Both the position numbers and the translations under genes were made by a program. From Caldisericota bacterium (GTDB lineage Bacteria > Caldisericota > Caldisericia > B22-G15), in NCBI GenBank assembly GCA_039793425.1, contig JBAMLT010000192.1:24030-88029 (forward strand): a stretch of DNA of 64,000 nt, written 5' to 3'. Positions 18,922 to 28,576 of this stretch are shown here, piece after piece. The stretch's first letter is position 1, and each line of letters begins with the position of its first letter. The notes under the pieces are model-generated. The model had not been told where the DNA came from. It saw nothing but the letters and a program-made list of their open reading frames with translations, and did not search any database.

Positions 18922-20496
18922 TCATAATAAGTCATATATTTCTAAATAATCATCATCTTTTTTTATTACACCTTCATATCCTCTTCCTTCTTCTTTAAGC
19001 CTTTTAGTATCTGAAAAGTACCCCTTTTCTAATGCTTTAAAAAGTCCCATAGAGGATATTTCCTCGAGTTTTTCAACCGCTTTATCAAAAACCTCAACTG
19101 CTCTTTTCTTTATAATTCCATCGTCTTTGATGATAAATTCATTAGAAATTGATTTTAAATTATTTCTAATATATTTTGCATTTTCAATTGAAAGATATCT
19201 ATCATGAACTAAAGGAGTATGAAGAGCTTCAGTTAACATTCCTAAAAGTTGAATTTCCTGATCTGTAAGATTTGCAACTATATTGAAAAGTGTATCCATA
19301 ACATGGGATAAGAAAATATTTCCAGTTTTATATCTTGTTGGAGGCATAAATTTTATTGGTGAATTTGGAAAAAGTTCTCTTACAAGTTGTGCTTGCGCTA
19401 TTTCATATAAAAATCCATTCTCTAAGTTTGGATCAAGTTCAAATGCATGACCAAGACCTATTTCATTCTCATCCATTCCACAATTTTTTGCAAGTTGTTC
19501 ATTAATTATTTGAGAAACTATTACAGTATAATAGAATTCTTTTGAGTCAATAGTTTTTATTAAATTATCTTCACCTGTTACTATAGGAATACCTCCAATA
19601 TGTAGAATAAACCTTGAAAATCTCTGATCAATCATAGTTCTTAATGGATTTAGGTTTCGGAATAAAATTCCATAAAGTGCATCATTAACCATCAAATCTA
19701 ACCTTTCTAAAGTAGCAAGTGTTGATATTTCAGGCATACATAAACCTGATGAATAATTAACAAGTTTCACATATTTTTTTATATCTTTACTTACTTCATC
19801 AAGTATTTCTCTTATGAATCTAAAATTTTCTTGAGTTGCATAAGTACCACCATAACCCTCTGTTGTTAAACCATAAGGTACATAGTCAAGAAGTGATTGG
19901 GCTGTACTTCTAATAATAGCAATAAAATCAGCACCAAGATATGCAGCAGATTTAACTTGCTTTGCATCTTCATAAATATTTCCAGTTGCAACTATAACAT
20001 ATAAATGTGGTTTTTCTTTAAGAGGGTATTTTAATATCATATTTTCTCTTTCTTTTTTCTTTTTTACTATTTTTGAAACTCCATCTTTAATTAAATCTTT
20101 AGCTAAAATTTTAATTTTTTCTTTATCACCATATTCTAATTTTGTTATATTTATTTTATCTTCATCAATTTCTTCAATTAATCTTTGAATTGAATTAGTA
20201 TTAAATTTTATTAAAGCATTTGAAATTAAAAAAAGAATACCTTTTGAAATTAAATTTTTTTCTTGAAACTTATCTATAATTGAATTTACATATGGTATTC
20301 CTTTTGAATTAACTCCATTTACTCCAAAAATTCTTAAAATTGCCCTCTCAATTGATTTTGTTGTATAAGGCTTTATCTCCTCTAAAACATCATCAGCAAT
20401 TTTTTTCCCCAAACTTTTTGCATAAATAATTTTTCTTTCATCAAGTGATAAGGTTCCTATTTTCATATTACTCTCCACTTTTTTCCATAACATCAA
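18922..20496 (-). CDS. kamD: Lysine 5,6-aminomutase alpha subunit (PLP-binding TIM barrel)
   Basis: About 520 aa, the expected size, and adjacent to kamE. Confidence 0.8.
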   Translation of the reverse strand: MMLWKKVESNMKIGTLSLDERKIIYAKSLGKKIADDVLEEIKPYTTKSIERAILRIFGVNGVNSKGIPYVNSIIDKFQEKNLISKGILFLISNALIKFNTNSIQRLIEEIDEDKINITKLEYGDKEKIKILAKDLIKDGVSKIVKKKKERENMILKYPLKEKPHLYVIVATGNIYEDAKQVKSAAYLGADFIAIIRSTAQSLLDYVPYGLTTEGYGGTYATQENFRFIREILDEVSKDIKKYVKLVNYSSGLCMPEISTLATLERLDLMVNDALYGILFRNLNPLRTMIDQRFSRFILHIGGIPIVTGEDNLIKTIDSKEFYYTVIVSQIINEQLAKNCGMDENEIGLGHAFELDPNLENGFLYEIAQAQLVRELFPNSPIKFMPPTRYKTGNIFLSHVMDTLFNIVANLTDQEIQLLGMLTEALHTPLVHDRYLSIENAKYIRNNLKSISNEFIIKDDGIIKKRAVEVFDKAVEKLEEISSMGLFKALEKGYFSDTKRLKEEGRGYEGVIKKDDDYLEIYDLL

Positions 20497-21490
20497 AAAT
20501 AATTATAGGTTTTATAAGTTCTTTTAACTTATTAAATAAAATTTTCCCATCATCTTTATTAAAATAATTATCTTGGTTAAAGGTTGAAAATGAAACACCT
20601 ATCAATTTTACTTCTTTTAATGTAAAAAATTTAATACCTGAGTTTATCATTTCTCTATAAATTTCTCTATTTAAAAAAACTTTTGTTGGATGTTCTACTA
20701 TTATATTTATATTTTTTTTGTCTTTTAAATAACCAAAAAATTCAGAAGTAAATGCACCTTTGACAAATATATTATTATAATCTTTATTTAAAATTTGATC
20801 GCTTTCTTCTAGATAGTTATTTTTTATGAATAAATATTTTTTTTCAGGATAATTTTTTAAAATTTTTTCCTTTAAATCTCCCTCAATCTTTTTAATTGTA
20901 AACACATCTTTATAATAAATTGTTTCTTCAATAATTTCATTAATATTTTCGCCAATATTCAAACCAGTTTGTAAAATTACACCATCTGAAAAAAATGTTC
21001 CAATTTTTCTATCAACTGCTCCATCTATTAAAATTAAATCTATATTATAATTTCTTGCATCATCTAAAATTTTTTTTAAATCTTTCAAAATCATGGGTCC
21101 AGAAATTTCTATATAACCATCTTCCATTAATTTGATTAAATATAGTTCACCAAGTGGTGTAAAAATATCAAATTTTCTTATTATTTCAAATTTTATATTA
21201 ATTTTATCTAAAGAACTCTTTGATGTAACAATTAAATTTCCTTTATAGCCTTTTATTAATGGTTTTTCAAAATAATAAAGTGAATCAAATTTTTCTCCAT
21301 CAAGCCCTATTGATGTAACAAAAATATTGAGATTATTTTTCTTTGCTTCCTCAATCAATTCAATTAAGGTAGTTGTTTTCCCGCAATTTTTACTTAAGCC
21401 AAAAATTGAAAGAATTTTTATATTATTATTAATGATTAGAGGAATTATTTCCATTTCTTCTTTTAATTCTCTGAGATTCAACAGGTTCAA
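20468..21490 (-). CDS. P-loop NTPase of unknown function embedded between kamA and kamD (candidate aminomutase accessory/reactivation factor)
   Basis: Walker A-like GLSKNCGKTTTL near the N-terminus and a Walker B-like LILIDGAVD. No further family recognisable by eye. It overlaps both neighbours, which suggests translational coupling. Confidence 0.4.
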   Translation of the reverse strand: MNLLNLRELKEEMEIIPLIINNNIKILSIFGLSKNCGKTTTLIELIEEAKKNNLNIFVTSIGLDGEKFDSLYYFEKPLIKGYKGNLIVTSKSSLDKINIKFEIIRKFDIFTPLGELYLIKLMEDGYIEISGPMILKDLKKILDDARNYNIDLILIDGAVDRKIGTFFSDGVILQTGLNIGENINEIIEETIYYKDVFTIKKIEGDLKEKILKNYPEKKYLFIKNNYLEESDQILNKDYNNIFVKGAFTSEFFGYLKDKKNINIIVEHPTKVFLNREIYREMINSGIKFFTLKEVKLIGVSFSTFNQDNYFNKDDGKILFNKLKELIKPIIIFDVMEKSGE

Positions 21491-22703
21491 TTAATAATCT
21501 TTTTCCAGAAAGCATTGAGGCAGGACCGTCTTTACTTTCAAGGAATGGTTCTTTTTCACATAAATCGCAATTTTTTGGACAATTTGATATTTTATCAATT
21601 GGTTCTGTATATGAAAAAATACCACCTTCATAATTTCTTAATATAACTTTTCTATCAGACATTGAAATTAAATAATTTGGAAAAACAGGAATTTTTCCAC
21701 CTCCAAGAGTATCAATTATATATGTTGGCACTTTGAAACCTGATATATGTCCTCTAAGATTTTCAATTATTTCTATCCCTTTTGCAACAGATGTCCTGAA
21801 ATGTGAAATACCTTGAGATAGATCACATTGATATATATAATATGGTCTTACTCTTATTTTTACAAGTTCATTTACAAGTTTTTTCTGAATAATTGGACAA
21901 TCATTTATTCCTTTTAATAAAACAGTTTGATTACCAACAGGAATACCAGCATCAACAAGTTTTAAAATGGCTTTTTTACTTTCCTCAGTTATTTCTTTAT
22001 AATGATTAAATTGAGTATTTAACCAAATTGGATGATATTTTTTTAACATCTCAACAAGGTTATCAGTTATTCTCATTGGCAAAGTGCATGGTGCTCTTGT
22101 GCCTATTCTTATAACATCAATATGAGGAATTTTTCGAAGTTCTCTAATAATGAATTCAAGTTTATCGTCACCAACAAGTAGGGCATCTCCTCCTGAAAGC
22201 AAAACATCATTAATCTCGGGATGTTCTTTTATATATTCTATACCTGAAATTAGTTCTTCTTTTGTCCTTGACATATCTCTCTCACCTGCTAATCTTCTTC
22301 TTGTACAATGTCTACAATACATACCACATTGATCTGTTATTAAAAAAAGAACCCTATCTGGATATCTATGTGTAAGGCCTTTAACTGGGGAGTCGACCTC
22401 TTCATACAATGGGTCATAGATATCTTCTTCTTTTATTTCAAGTTCTTTAATGGTTGGTATTGCCTGTTTCCTTATTGGATCATCTGGATCATCTTTATCC
22501 ATTAGTGTTATCCAGTATGGTGTGATTGCCATTCTCAATTTTCTTAAAGAACTCTTTACACCTTCTTCTTCAACTTGACTAAGATTGATAACTTTTTTAA
22601 GAGTTTCGAGGTCCATTATTCTGTTTCTTAATTGCCATTTCCAGTCATTCCAATCTTTTTCTTCGACATCTTTCCAAATTTCTATCTCTCTATAATCCCT
22701 CAT
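21429..22703 (-). CDS. kamA: L-lysine 2,3-aminomutase (radical SAM)
   Basis: CxxxCxxC motif (CGMYCRHCTRRR); PLP-lysine and zinc-Cys regions; about 420 aa. Confidence 0.9.
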   Translation of the reverse strand: MRDYREIEIWKDVEEKDWNDWKWQLRNRIMDLETLKKVINLSQVEEEGVKSSLRKLRMAITPYWITLMDKDDPDDPIRKQAIPTIKELEIKEEDIYDPLYEEVDSPVKGLTHRYPDRVLFLITDQCGMYCRHCTRRRLAGERDMSRTKEELISGIEYIKEHPEINDVLLSGGDALLVGDDKLEFIIRELRKIPHIDVIRIGTRAPCTLPMRITDNLVEMLKKYHPIWLNTQFNHYKEITEESKKAILKLVDAGIPVGNQTVLLKGINDCPIIQKKLVNELVKIRVRPYYIYQCDLSQGISHFRTSVAKGIEIIENLRGHISGFKVPTYIIDTLGGGKIPVFPNYLISMSDRKVILRNYEGGIFSYTEPIDKISNCPKNCDLCEKEPFLESKDGPASMLSGKRLLIEPVESQRIKRRNGNNSSNH

Positions 22704-23746
22704 TTATCACCTCCAAAATATTCTTCAAAAAACTCTCTTAACTTATCTGATTCCCTCAATAAATTTAAGGTATATTCTGCATGATTTTTTGCATAACCAT
22801 TTCCAATTAGCATATCAACATCTTTGCCAATTCCTTCTGCCCCAAGAGCTGCTTTTGTAAAAGAAGTTGCCATACTGAAAAAATATACAACACCTCTATC
22901 CTTACATGTCAAAATAGATGTCAATTCTGTATCAGGAACATTAACACAGTTAACAACAACATCAGCCAGTTTTCCTTCTGTTATTCTCTCAATCTCATCT
23001 AAAACTGAAGTTGGATTTTGGGCATCTCCCATAAAAAGATGATCATAAAATTCGAGTCTTTTTAATCTTTCATAGGATTTTTTTGAATGAGCCATTGCAA
23101 TAACTTTTCCTTTTGGACCTACTCTTTTCTTGCTTTCATAGCAAGATAAAATCCCTGATTTACCGCCTGCTCCTATAACGAAAACATAATCATTGGGTTT
23201 AACAATTCTTGCTACCTGTATTGGTGCTCCTGCAACATCAAGAACTGATAATGAAGTTTTTAAATTTATATCTTCAGGTAATTTGACAAAAATCCCACTT
23301 TCAAAAAGAATCGCTTTTCCTTCTATCTCAACCTGATCTTTATCCAAATAAATCTCTTTAATTTTATTTATTTTTAAAGGTGTTAAAGAAAGAGAAACAA
23401 GAGAAGCAATTTTATCTTTCTCTTTTAGATCTATTTTATCTTTCAAATCATCTCCAATTTTTTCAACAACACCAACAAGCATTCCACCTGAACCAGTTAC
23501 AGGATTATGCATTTTCCCTCTATTGTTCACAATTTTTAATATTATTTCTTCTATCTTCTTTTTATCTTTATTTGCTTCATTTTTTATTTGAGTGAATGAT
23601 GAAGAATCAATATTTAAGAACAATACATCAATAAGGATTTCATTTGAATATAATTTTGAGAAATCATTATCAAGTTTAAAAGCAGGTTGAGGTAAGTAGC
23701 CTTTTGGTTCGATTACTCTGTGAATACCATATTTATCTCCCTTCAT
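22700..23746 (-). CDS. kdd: L-erythro-3,5-diaminohexanoate dehydrogenase
   Basis: About 348 aa, Rossmann motif VFVIGAGGKSG, and a position immediately upstream of kamA with an ATGA start/stop overlap. Confidence 0.7.
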   Translation of the reverse strand: MKGDKYGIHRVIEPKGYLPQPAFKLDNDFSKLYSNEILIDVLFLNIDSSSFTQIKNEANKDKKKIEEIILKIVNNRGKMHNPVTGSGGMLVGVVEKIGDDLKDKIDLKEKDKIASLVSLSLTPLKINKIKEIYLDKDQVEIEGKAILFESGIFVKLPEDINLKTSLSVLDVAGAPIQVARIVKPNDYVFVIGAGGKSGILSCYESKKRVGPKGKVIAMAHSKKSYERLKRLEFYDHLFMGDAQNPTSVLDEIERITEGKLADVVVNCVNVPDTELTSILTCKDRGVVYFFSMATSFTKAALGAEGIGKDVDMLIGNGYAKNHAEYTLNLLRESDKLREFFEEYFGGDK

Positions 23747-23763
23747 TTCTTCATTCTCCTTCC

Positions 23764-25038
23764 TTAGATTTTATATTTTTTAATTTTATATTGAAGAGTC
23801 TGTCTTGGAATTTTTAAAAGTTTTCCTGCTTTTGAGATATTAAAATTGGTAAGATATAAAACTTTTTTTATTATTTTCTTTTCAAATTCCAATGTCTCTT
23901 TTGAAAGATCAAATTCTTTAAAATATATTGAACTTGGAAGATCTGATTTTGTTATCTTTGAATTTTTGCTATTTAAATATGAATATTCAAGAATATAAAA
24001 TAGTTCTCTAACATTTCCAGGAAAGGAATAAGATAGAAGAAATTCTTTAAAACTATCATCATAAATTTTATTTAAACCATATTTCTTTTCAAGTTCATCA
24101 AAATAATAATTTAATAATAAAATGATATCTTCTTTTCTTTCTCTTAATGGATTTATAATAAACTCAATTTTTGAGATTAAAAAGAAAAGTTCTTTCTTTA
24201 ATTTTCCACTATTTATTGCAAAAATTGGCAAATTTTCGATTGATGTTATTAGTTTAAAGTTAAGTTCTTTTGATTCAAGAAAATAAAGAAACTTGTCCTG
24301 TAATCTTAATGGCATTTTATCTATATTCGCAATATAAAGAGTAGAACCTTCTGAAATTTTAAGTAATCCGAAAATTGTGTCCTCAAGGATCGATTCTTCT
24401 GTATTATCACAATCTTGGTAAAGGAAATCTTTTTCTTTTCTATCAGAGGTAAAATGTATAATTTCTGCTAATAATCTTTTTCCAACCCCGCTTTCGCCAA
24501 TTAATAAAACTGGAGTGTTAAGATTTTTAAAATTTTCTATCTCTTTTAATTGCTTCTTTAAATTCTCATCATTGGTTTTAAAATCAGATATATCTCTTTT
24601 TAATATTTGAGTTTCCTTTTGTTTTTTATTTTTACTTTGTAATTCTATAATGGTTTCTGATAATTTCTTGATTTCTGTAATATCTCTTGATAACTCAATT
24701 GCACCAATTAATTCTCCTCTATAAAAAAGAGGGAAAGTGTTATTTAATGTCGTTACTTCTTTACCTTTATATGTTAAAAAAACTTGAAGTTTATTTAATA
24801 TTGGTTCCTTCGTTTTTAGAACCTTAAGTAAAGTTGATGTTTCATACGTAAGAGATGGAAAAATTTCAAGAATGCTTTTTCCAATAACTTCATCCTCATT
24901 TAAACCTTCAAGTTTTGAATTGGCTTTATTATAGAAAAGAGTTACACCATCTTTATCAATTATATGAATACCAATATCCACATAATTTAATAAAATATCA
25001 ATTAATGACTCCCATGGAAAATATTTTATTTTCTCCAT
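23764..25038 (-). CDS. PAS-domain transcriptional regulator with a sigma-54-activator-like AAA core (degenerate, no GAFTGA) and a C-terminal Fis-type HTH
   Basis: N-terminal PAS domain. Walker A GESGVGKRLLAEIIH, but Walker B and GAFTGA are missing. C-terminal HTH KAGKLLKIPRQTLQYKIKKY. It sits 17 nt upstream of kdd. Confidence 0.7.
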   Translation of the reverse strand: MEKIKYFPWESLIDILLNYVDIGIHIIDKDGVTLFYNKANSKLEGLNEDEVIGKSILEIFPSLTYETSTLLKVLKTKEPILNKLQVFLTYKGKEVTTLNNTFPLFYRGELIGAIELSRDITEIKKLSETIIELQSKNKKQKETQILKRDISDFKTNDENLKKQLKEIENFKNLNTPVLLIGESGVGKRLLAEIIHFTSDRKEKDFLYQDCDNTEESILEDTIFGLLKISEGSTLYIANIDKMPLRLQDKFLYFLESKELNFKLITSIENLPIFAINSGKLKKELFFLISKIEFIINPLRERKEDIILLLNYYFDELEKKYGLNKIYDDSFKEFLLSYSFPGNVRELFYILEYSYLNSKNSKITKSDLPSSIYFKEFDLSKETLEFEKKIIKKVLYLTNFNISKAGKLLKIPRQTLQYKIKKYKI

Positions 25039-25103
25039 GGCAAAATTATAACATAATTTTAAAATAATAAAATTGCCTAAAAATTAGCAAAGTTTAAAAA
25101 AAA

Positions 25104-26459
25104 TTAAATTTCTATGCTTCTTGAAGCCTCATCTATCGATTCATCAAGTATCTCAACAATTCTTTTTATATCTTCATCTTCAATAACAAGTGGGGGTGCT
25201 ATATAAGTTTTATCAACAGATGCTCTACAAAGATATAAACCTCTTCTATAGGCTGCCTCTTCTACTCTCATAGCAAATCTGATATTTGATGGTATCCTCT
25301 CTTTGGTTTCTTTATTTTTCACATATTCAATTGCCCAATGAAGTCCAATACCTCTAATATCTCCGACTCTCTTATGCTTATATAATTCTTTCAATAATTT
25401 TGCTAATATTTCTCCTTTTTCTTTTGCTTTTAAATATAATTTTTCATCTTCAATCAATTCAATATTTTTTAAAGCAGCAACGGTTGATAAACAATGTCCT
25501 CCAAATGTATGACCATGAACAAACATATTTTCTATAAAAACATTAGAAAGTTCTTCTTTAACAATCATAGCTCCAAGAGGAGCATATCCAGAAGTTATAC
25601 CCTTTCCAAAAATCATAATATCAGGGTCGAGATTGAAAATGTTTGAAGCAAATAAATCCCCACATCTACCCCAGGCATTTATTACCTCATCAGCAATTAT
25701 CAGTATTTGATTTTCTTTTGCGATTTCTTGAATTACTTCAAAATATTTTTTTGGGGGCACAAGAGCACCAGCGGCACTCATAACTGGTTCCATTATTATT
25801 GCTGCGATTGTTCTTGCACCTTCATAGTGAATTAAATCTTTAATCTGTTTGGCGCATTCAGCATTACATGTTGATGGATCTTTCCCAAAATCACATCTAT
25901 AGCAATAAGGAGGTGAAACATGAAGAAAGAAAGGTAATAGTGGTTCAAAAGGTTGTCTATAGATTCTTAAACCTGTTGCTGAAAGTGCGCCGTATGTAAC
26001 TCCATGATAGGATTCTCTTCTTGAAATTATTTTCTTTTTTTCTGGTATTCCTTTAATTGCCCAATATTGTCTTACAAATTTTATTGCTGATTCAACTGCT
26101 TCAGAACCTCCTGAAATGAAAAAGGAAGTTTTGAAACTTGACGGAGTTATTTTTGCGAGTTTATCAGCAAGTTTTATAGCAGGTTCATTGAAATAGCCTC
26201 CAAATAGACTTGCATAATTAATTTTATCGAGTTGTTCTTTCAATGCGTCTATTATTTCTTTTCTACCATGACCAATATTAACTGTCCAAAGAATTGATAA
26301 ACCATCAATATATTCTTTCCCGTCTATATCAAATATTTTTGCTCCTTTACCTTCAACAATAATCTTTGGACTCTTCTCTCTTATTTCTTTAATAAATGCA
26401 TAATGAGGAAGTACATTGCTTTCTGCAATTTTAATTAACTCATCTTTATTCATAATCAC
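25104..26459 (-). CDS. Class-III (fold-type I) PLP aminotransferase; candidate 3-aminobutyryl-CoA aminotransferase (Kat) of the lysine pathway
   Basis: About 451 aa with class-III aminotransferase patterning (GSEAVE, the HGHTF..G region, PLP-Lys region FGKGITSGYAPLGA). It lies immediately upstream of the lysine-fermentation regulator and operon. Confidence 0.8.
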   Translation of the reverse strand: MIMNKDELIKIAESNVLPHYAFIKEIREKSPKIIVEGKGAKIFDIDGKEYIDGLSILWTVNIGHGRKEIIDALKEQLDKINYASLFGGYFNEPAIKLADKLAKITPSSFKTSFFISGGSEAVESAIKFVRQYWAIKGIPEKKKIISRRESYHGVTYGALSATGLRIYRQPFEPLLPFFLHVSPPYCYRCDFGKDPSTCNAECAKQIKDLIHYEGARTIAAIIMEPVMSAAGALVPPKKYFEVIQEIAKENQILIIADEVINAWGRCGDLFASNIFNLDPDIMIFGKGITSGYAPLGAMIVKEELSNVFIENMFVHGHTFGGHCLSTVAALKNIELIEDEKLYLKAKEKGEILAKLLKELYKHKRVGDIRGIGLHWAIEYVKNKETKERIPSNIRFAMRVEEAAYRRGLYLCRASVDKTYIAPPLVIEDEDIKRIVEILDESIDEASRSIEI

Positions 26460-26462
26460 CTC

Positions 26463-27473
26463 CTAATTTTTTTTGAATATAAAAGGATTCTTGTTTATTT
26501 CAAGAGAACTTACTGCATCTATTTCAAAAATGTTTGACTCATAACCTCTTTTAAAATATTCTTCACCAACAAGAGCAATCATCCCACCATTATCAGTTGA
26601 AAAATCAAAAGATGGAAAGTAAAATTCAAAATCCTTTTCATTTAAAAAAGTTTTTCTTAAAAATTTACTTGCAGAAACACCCCCAACAACTGATACCTTA
26701 TTTATTCCTGTTTTTTCATAAACTTTCTTTATATTTTTAATCAAAGATTCATATATTGAAAAAAACAAAGAAGCTATTAAATTTTCGAGATTAAAATCAC
26801 CTTTTTTAATAATATTTAATACTTCTGTTTTGATACCAGAAAATGAAAAATTATACTCCTTTTCTTTCTCCTTAAATCTTGGAGTCGGAAATTTATAATA
26901 TGAAGGATCTCCTTCAATAGCAAGTTTATCAAGTTCAGATCCAGCAGGATATTGAAAACCTAATTTTCTGCCTATTTTATCTATTATCTCACCACATGCA
27001 TCATCAACTGTCTCACCTAAAATTTTATATTTAAGGTGATCTTCAAAAATTATTAGAATCGTATGACCTCCTGAAATAATTAGGGTTTGAAAAGGAAATT
27101 CTATTTTATTATCAAAAAAAATAGAATAAATATGCCCTTCAAGATGATTTATTCCTACCAATGGCTTTTTTAAAGAATATGCAAGTGTTCTTGCTACTTC
27201 AACTCCAACAAGAAGTGATCCAACAAGACCTGGACCAATGGTTACTGAAAACCCATCTAAATCTTTTAAATTAATATTAAGTTTATCAATTAGATCCTCT
27301 AAAATAAAAGTAAATATTTCGAGTTGTTTTCTTGCAGCAATTTCAGGAACAATACCACCAAATTTTTTATGAAATTCTTCAGATGTAGTTCTAACCATAG
27401 ATAAACATTTCCCATTTTCAACAATACCCATTGAAGTATCATCACAAGAAGTTTCAATTCCTAATATTTTCAT
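26463..27473 (-). CDS. tsaD: tRNA N6-adenosine threonylcarbamoyltransferase TsaD
   Basis: N-terminus MKILGIETSCDDTS and the HxxGH metal motif (NHLEGHIY); about 336 aa. Confidence 0.9.
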   Translation of the reverse strand: MKILGIETSCDDTSMGIVENGKCLSMVRTTSEEFHKKFGGIVPEIAARKQLEIFTFILEDLIDKLNINLKDLDGFSVTIGPGLVGSLLVGVEVARTLAYSLKKPLVGINHLEGHIYSIFFDNKIEFPFQTLIISGGHTILIIFEDHLKYKILGETVDDACGEIIDKIGRKLGFQYPAGSELDKLAIEGDPSYYKFPTPRFKEKEKEYNFSFSGIKTEVLNIIKKGDFNLENLIASLFFSIYESLIKNIKKVYEKTGINKVSVVGGVSASKFLRKTFLNEKDFEFYFPSFDFSTDNGGMIALVGEEYFKRGYESNIFEIDAVSSLEINKNPFIFKKN

Positions 27474-27489
27474 TCCAAAATCAATTTTA

Positions 27490-28416
27490 TCACATATTCA
27501 CATAATCAAGCCAATTAAATTTATCTTCTTCGATTCCTTCAACAATTTTTGAATATTTTTCTTGAAGCATTCTTGAAATTTTGCCAACCTTTCCATCACC
27601 AATTTGTATTTTATCGACACTTATTACTGGTGTAACTTCTGCTGCAGTTCCAACAAGAAAAATTTCATCTGCTACATAAAGAGCCTCTCTTGGAATAAAT
27701 TCAACCTTTACCTCAAAACCTGAATTTTTTGCAATTTTTATAATTGAATCTCTTGTTATACCTTCAAGAATTGAAGAAGAGGTTGGAGGTGTATATAAAA
27801 TATCATTTTTAATTAAAAAGATATTTTCACCACTACCTTCACTAACATATCCAAAATAGTCAAGAAGAATTGATTCACTGAATCCATATTTATGTGCCTC
27901 CATAAGGGCAAGTTGAGAATTTAAATAATTACCATCTGCTTTTGCAAGTGAAGGTATTGTATCTGGAGCAAATTTTCTCCAAGAAGTTACCATAACCTCA
28001 ATTCCTTTATTAAATTTCTCTTCTCCCATAAACTTTCCCAAATCAAAAGCAATGATAGATATTTCAACTGGAACTTCGGAAGGATCTGGGTGAATCGTTC
28101 CATATCCACGATAAACAATTGGTCTTATATATGCAGATTCAAGTTTATTTTTTCTTATCAACTCTTTTGTAATTTTTCTTAAATCCTCAACACCATATGG
28201 AATTTCCATCCTATAGATTTTTGCAGAATTTTTTAATCTTAACAGATGATCTTTTAGTCTGAAAATTTCTGGGCCTTTATTCGTTGAATAACATCTTATT
28301 CCTTCAAAAACACCTGAACCATAATGAATAACATGAGATAAAATATGAATCTTTGCATCCCACCATTTAACAAATTCTCCATTCATCCAAATAAATTCTG
28401 ATTCTTTAATTGACAT
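27490..28416 (-). CDS. ilvE: Branched-chain amino acid aminotransferase (class IV)
   Basis: EGIRCY..KGPEIFRLKDHLLRLKNSAKIY matches the IlvE core closely; 308 aa. Confidence 0.85.
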   Translation of the reverse strand: MSIKESEFIWMNGEFVKWWDAKIHILSHVIHYGSGVFEGIRCYSTNKGPEIFRLKDHLLRLKNSAKIYRMEIPYGVEDLRKITKELIRKNKLESAYIRPIVYRGYGTIHPDPSEVPVEISIIAFDLGKFMGEEKFNKGIEVMVTSWRKFAPDTIPSLAKADGNYLNSQLALMEAHKYGFSESILLDYFGYVSEGSGENIFLIKNDILYTPPTSSSILEGITRDSIIKIAKNSGFEVKVEFIPREALYVADEIFLVGTAAEVTPVISVDKIQIGDGKVGKISRMLQEKYSKIVEGIEEDKFNWLDYVNM

Positions 28417-28576
28417 GTTGCCTCCTTATAAAATTAATTATTTAATATTTTAAAGTAATTTATTTAAATATCAATTAAGAAAATTATAATTTCTAAAATA
28501 AGAAAATAAATTTCTGGATTTATTTTAATAAAAAAATAAAATTAAAGACATTAATAAAATTTTATTAAAATAATGT

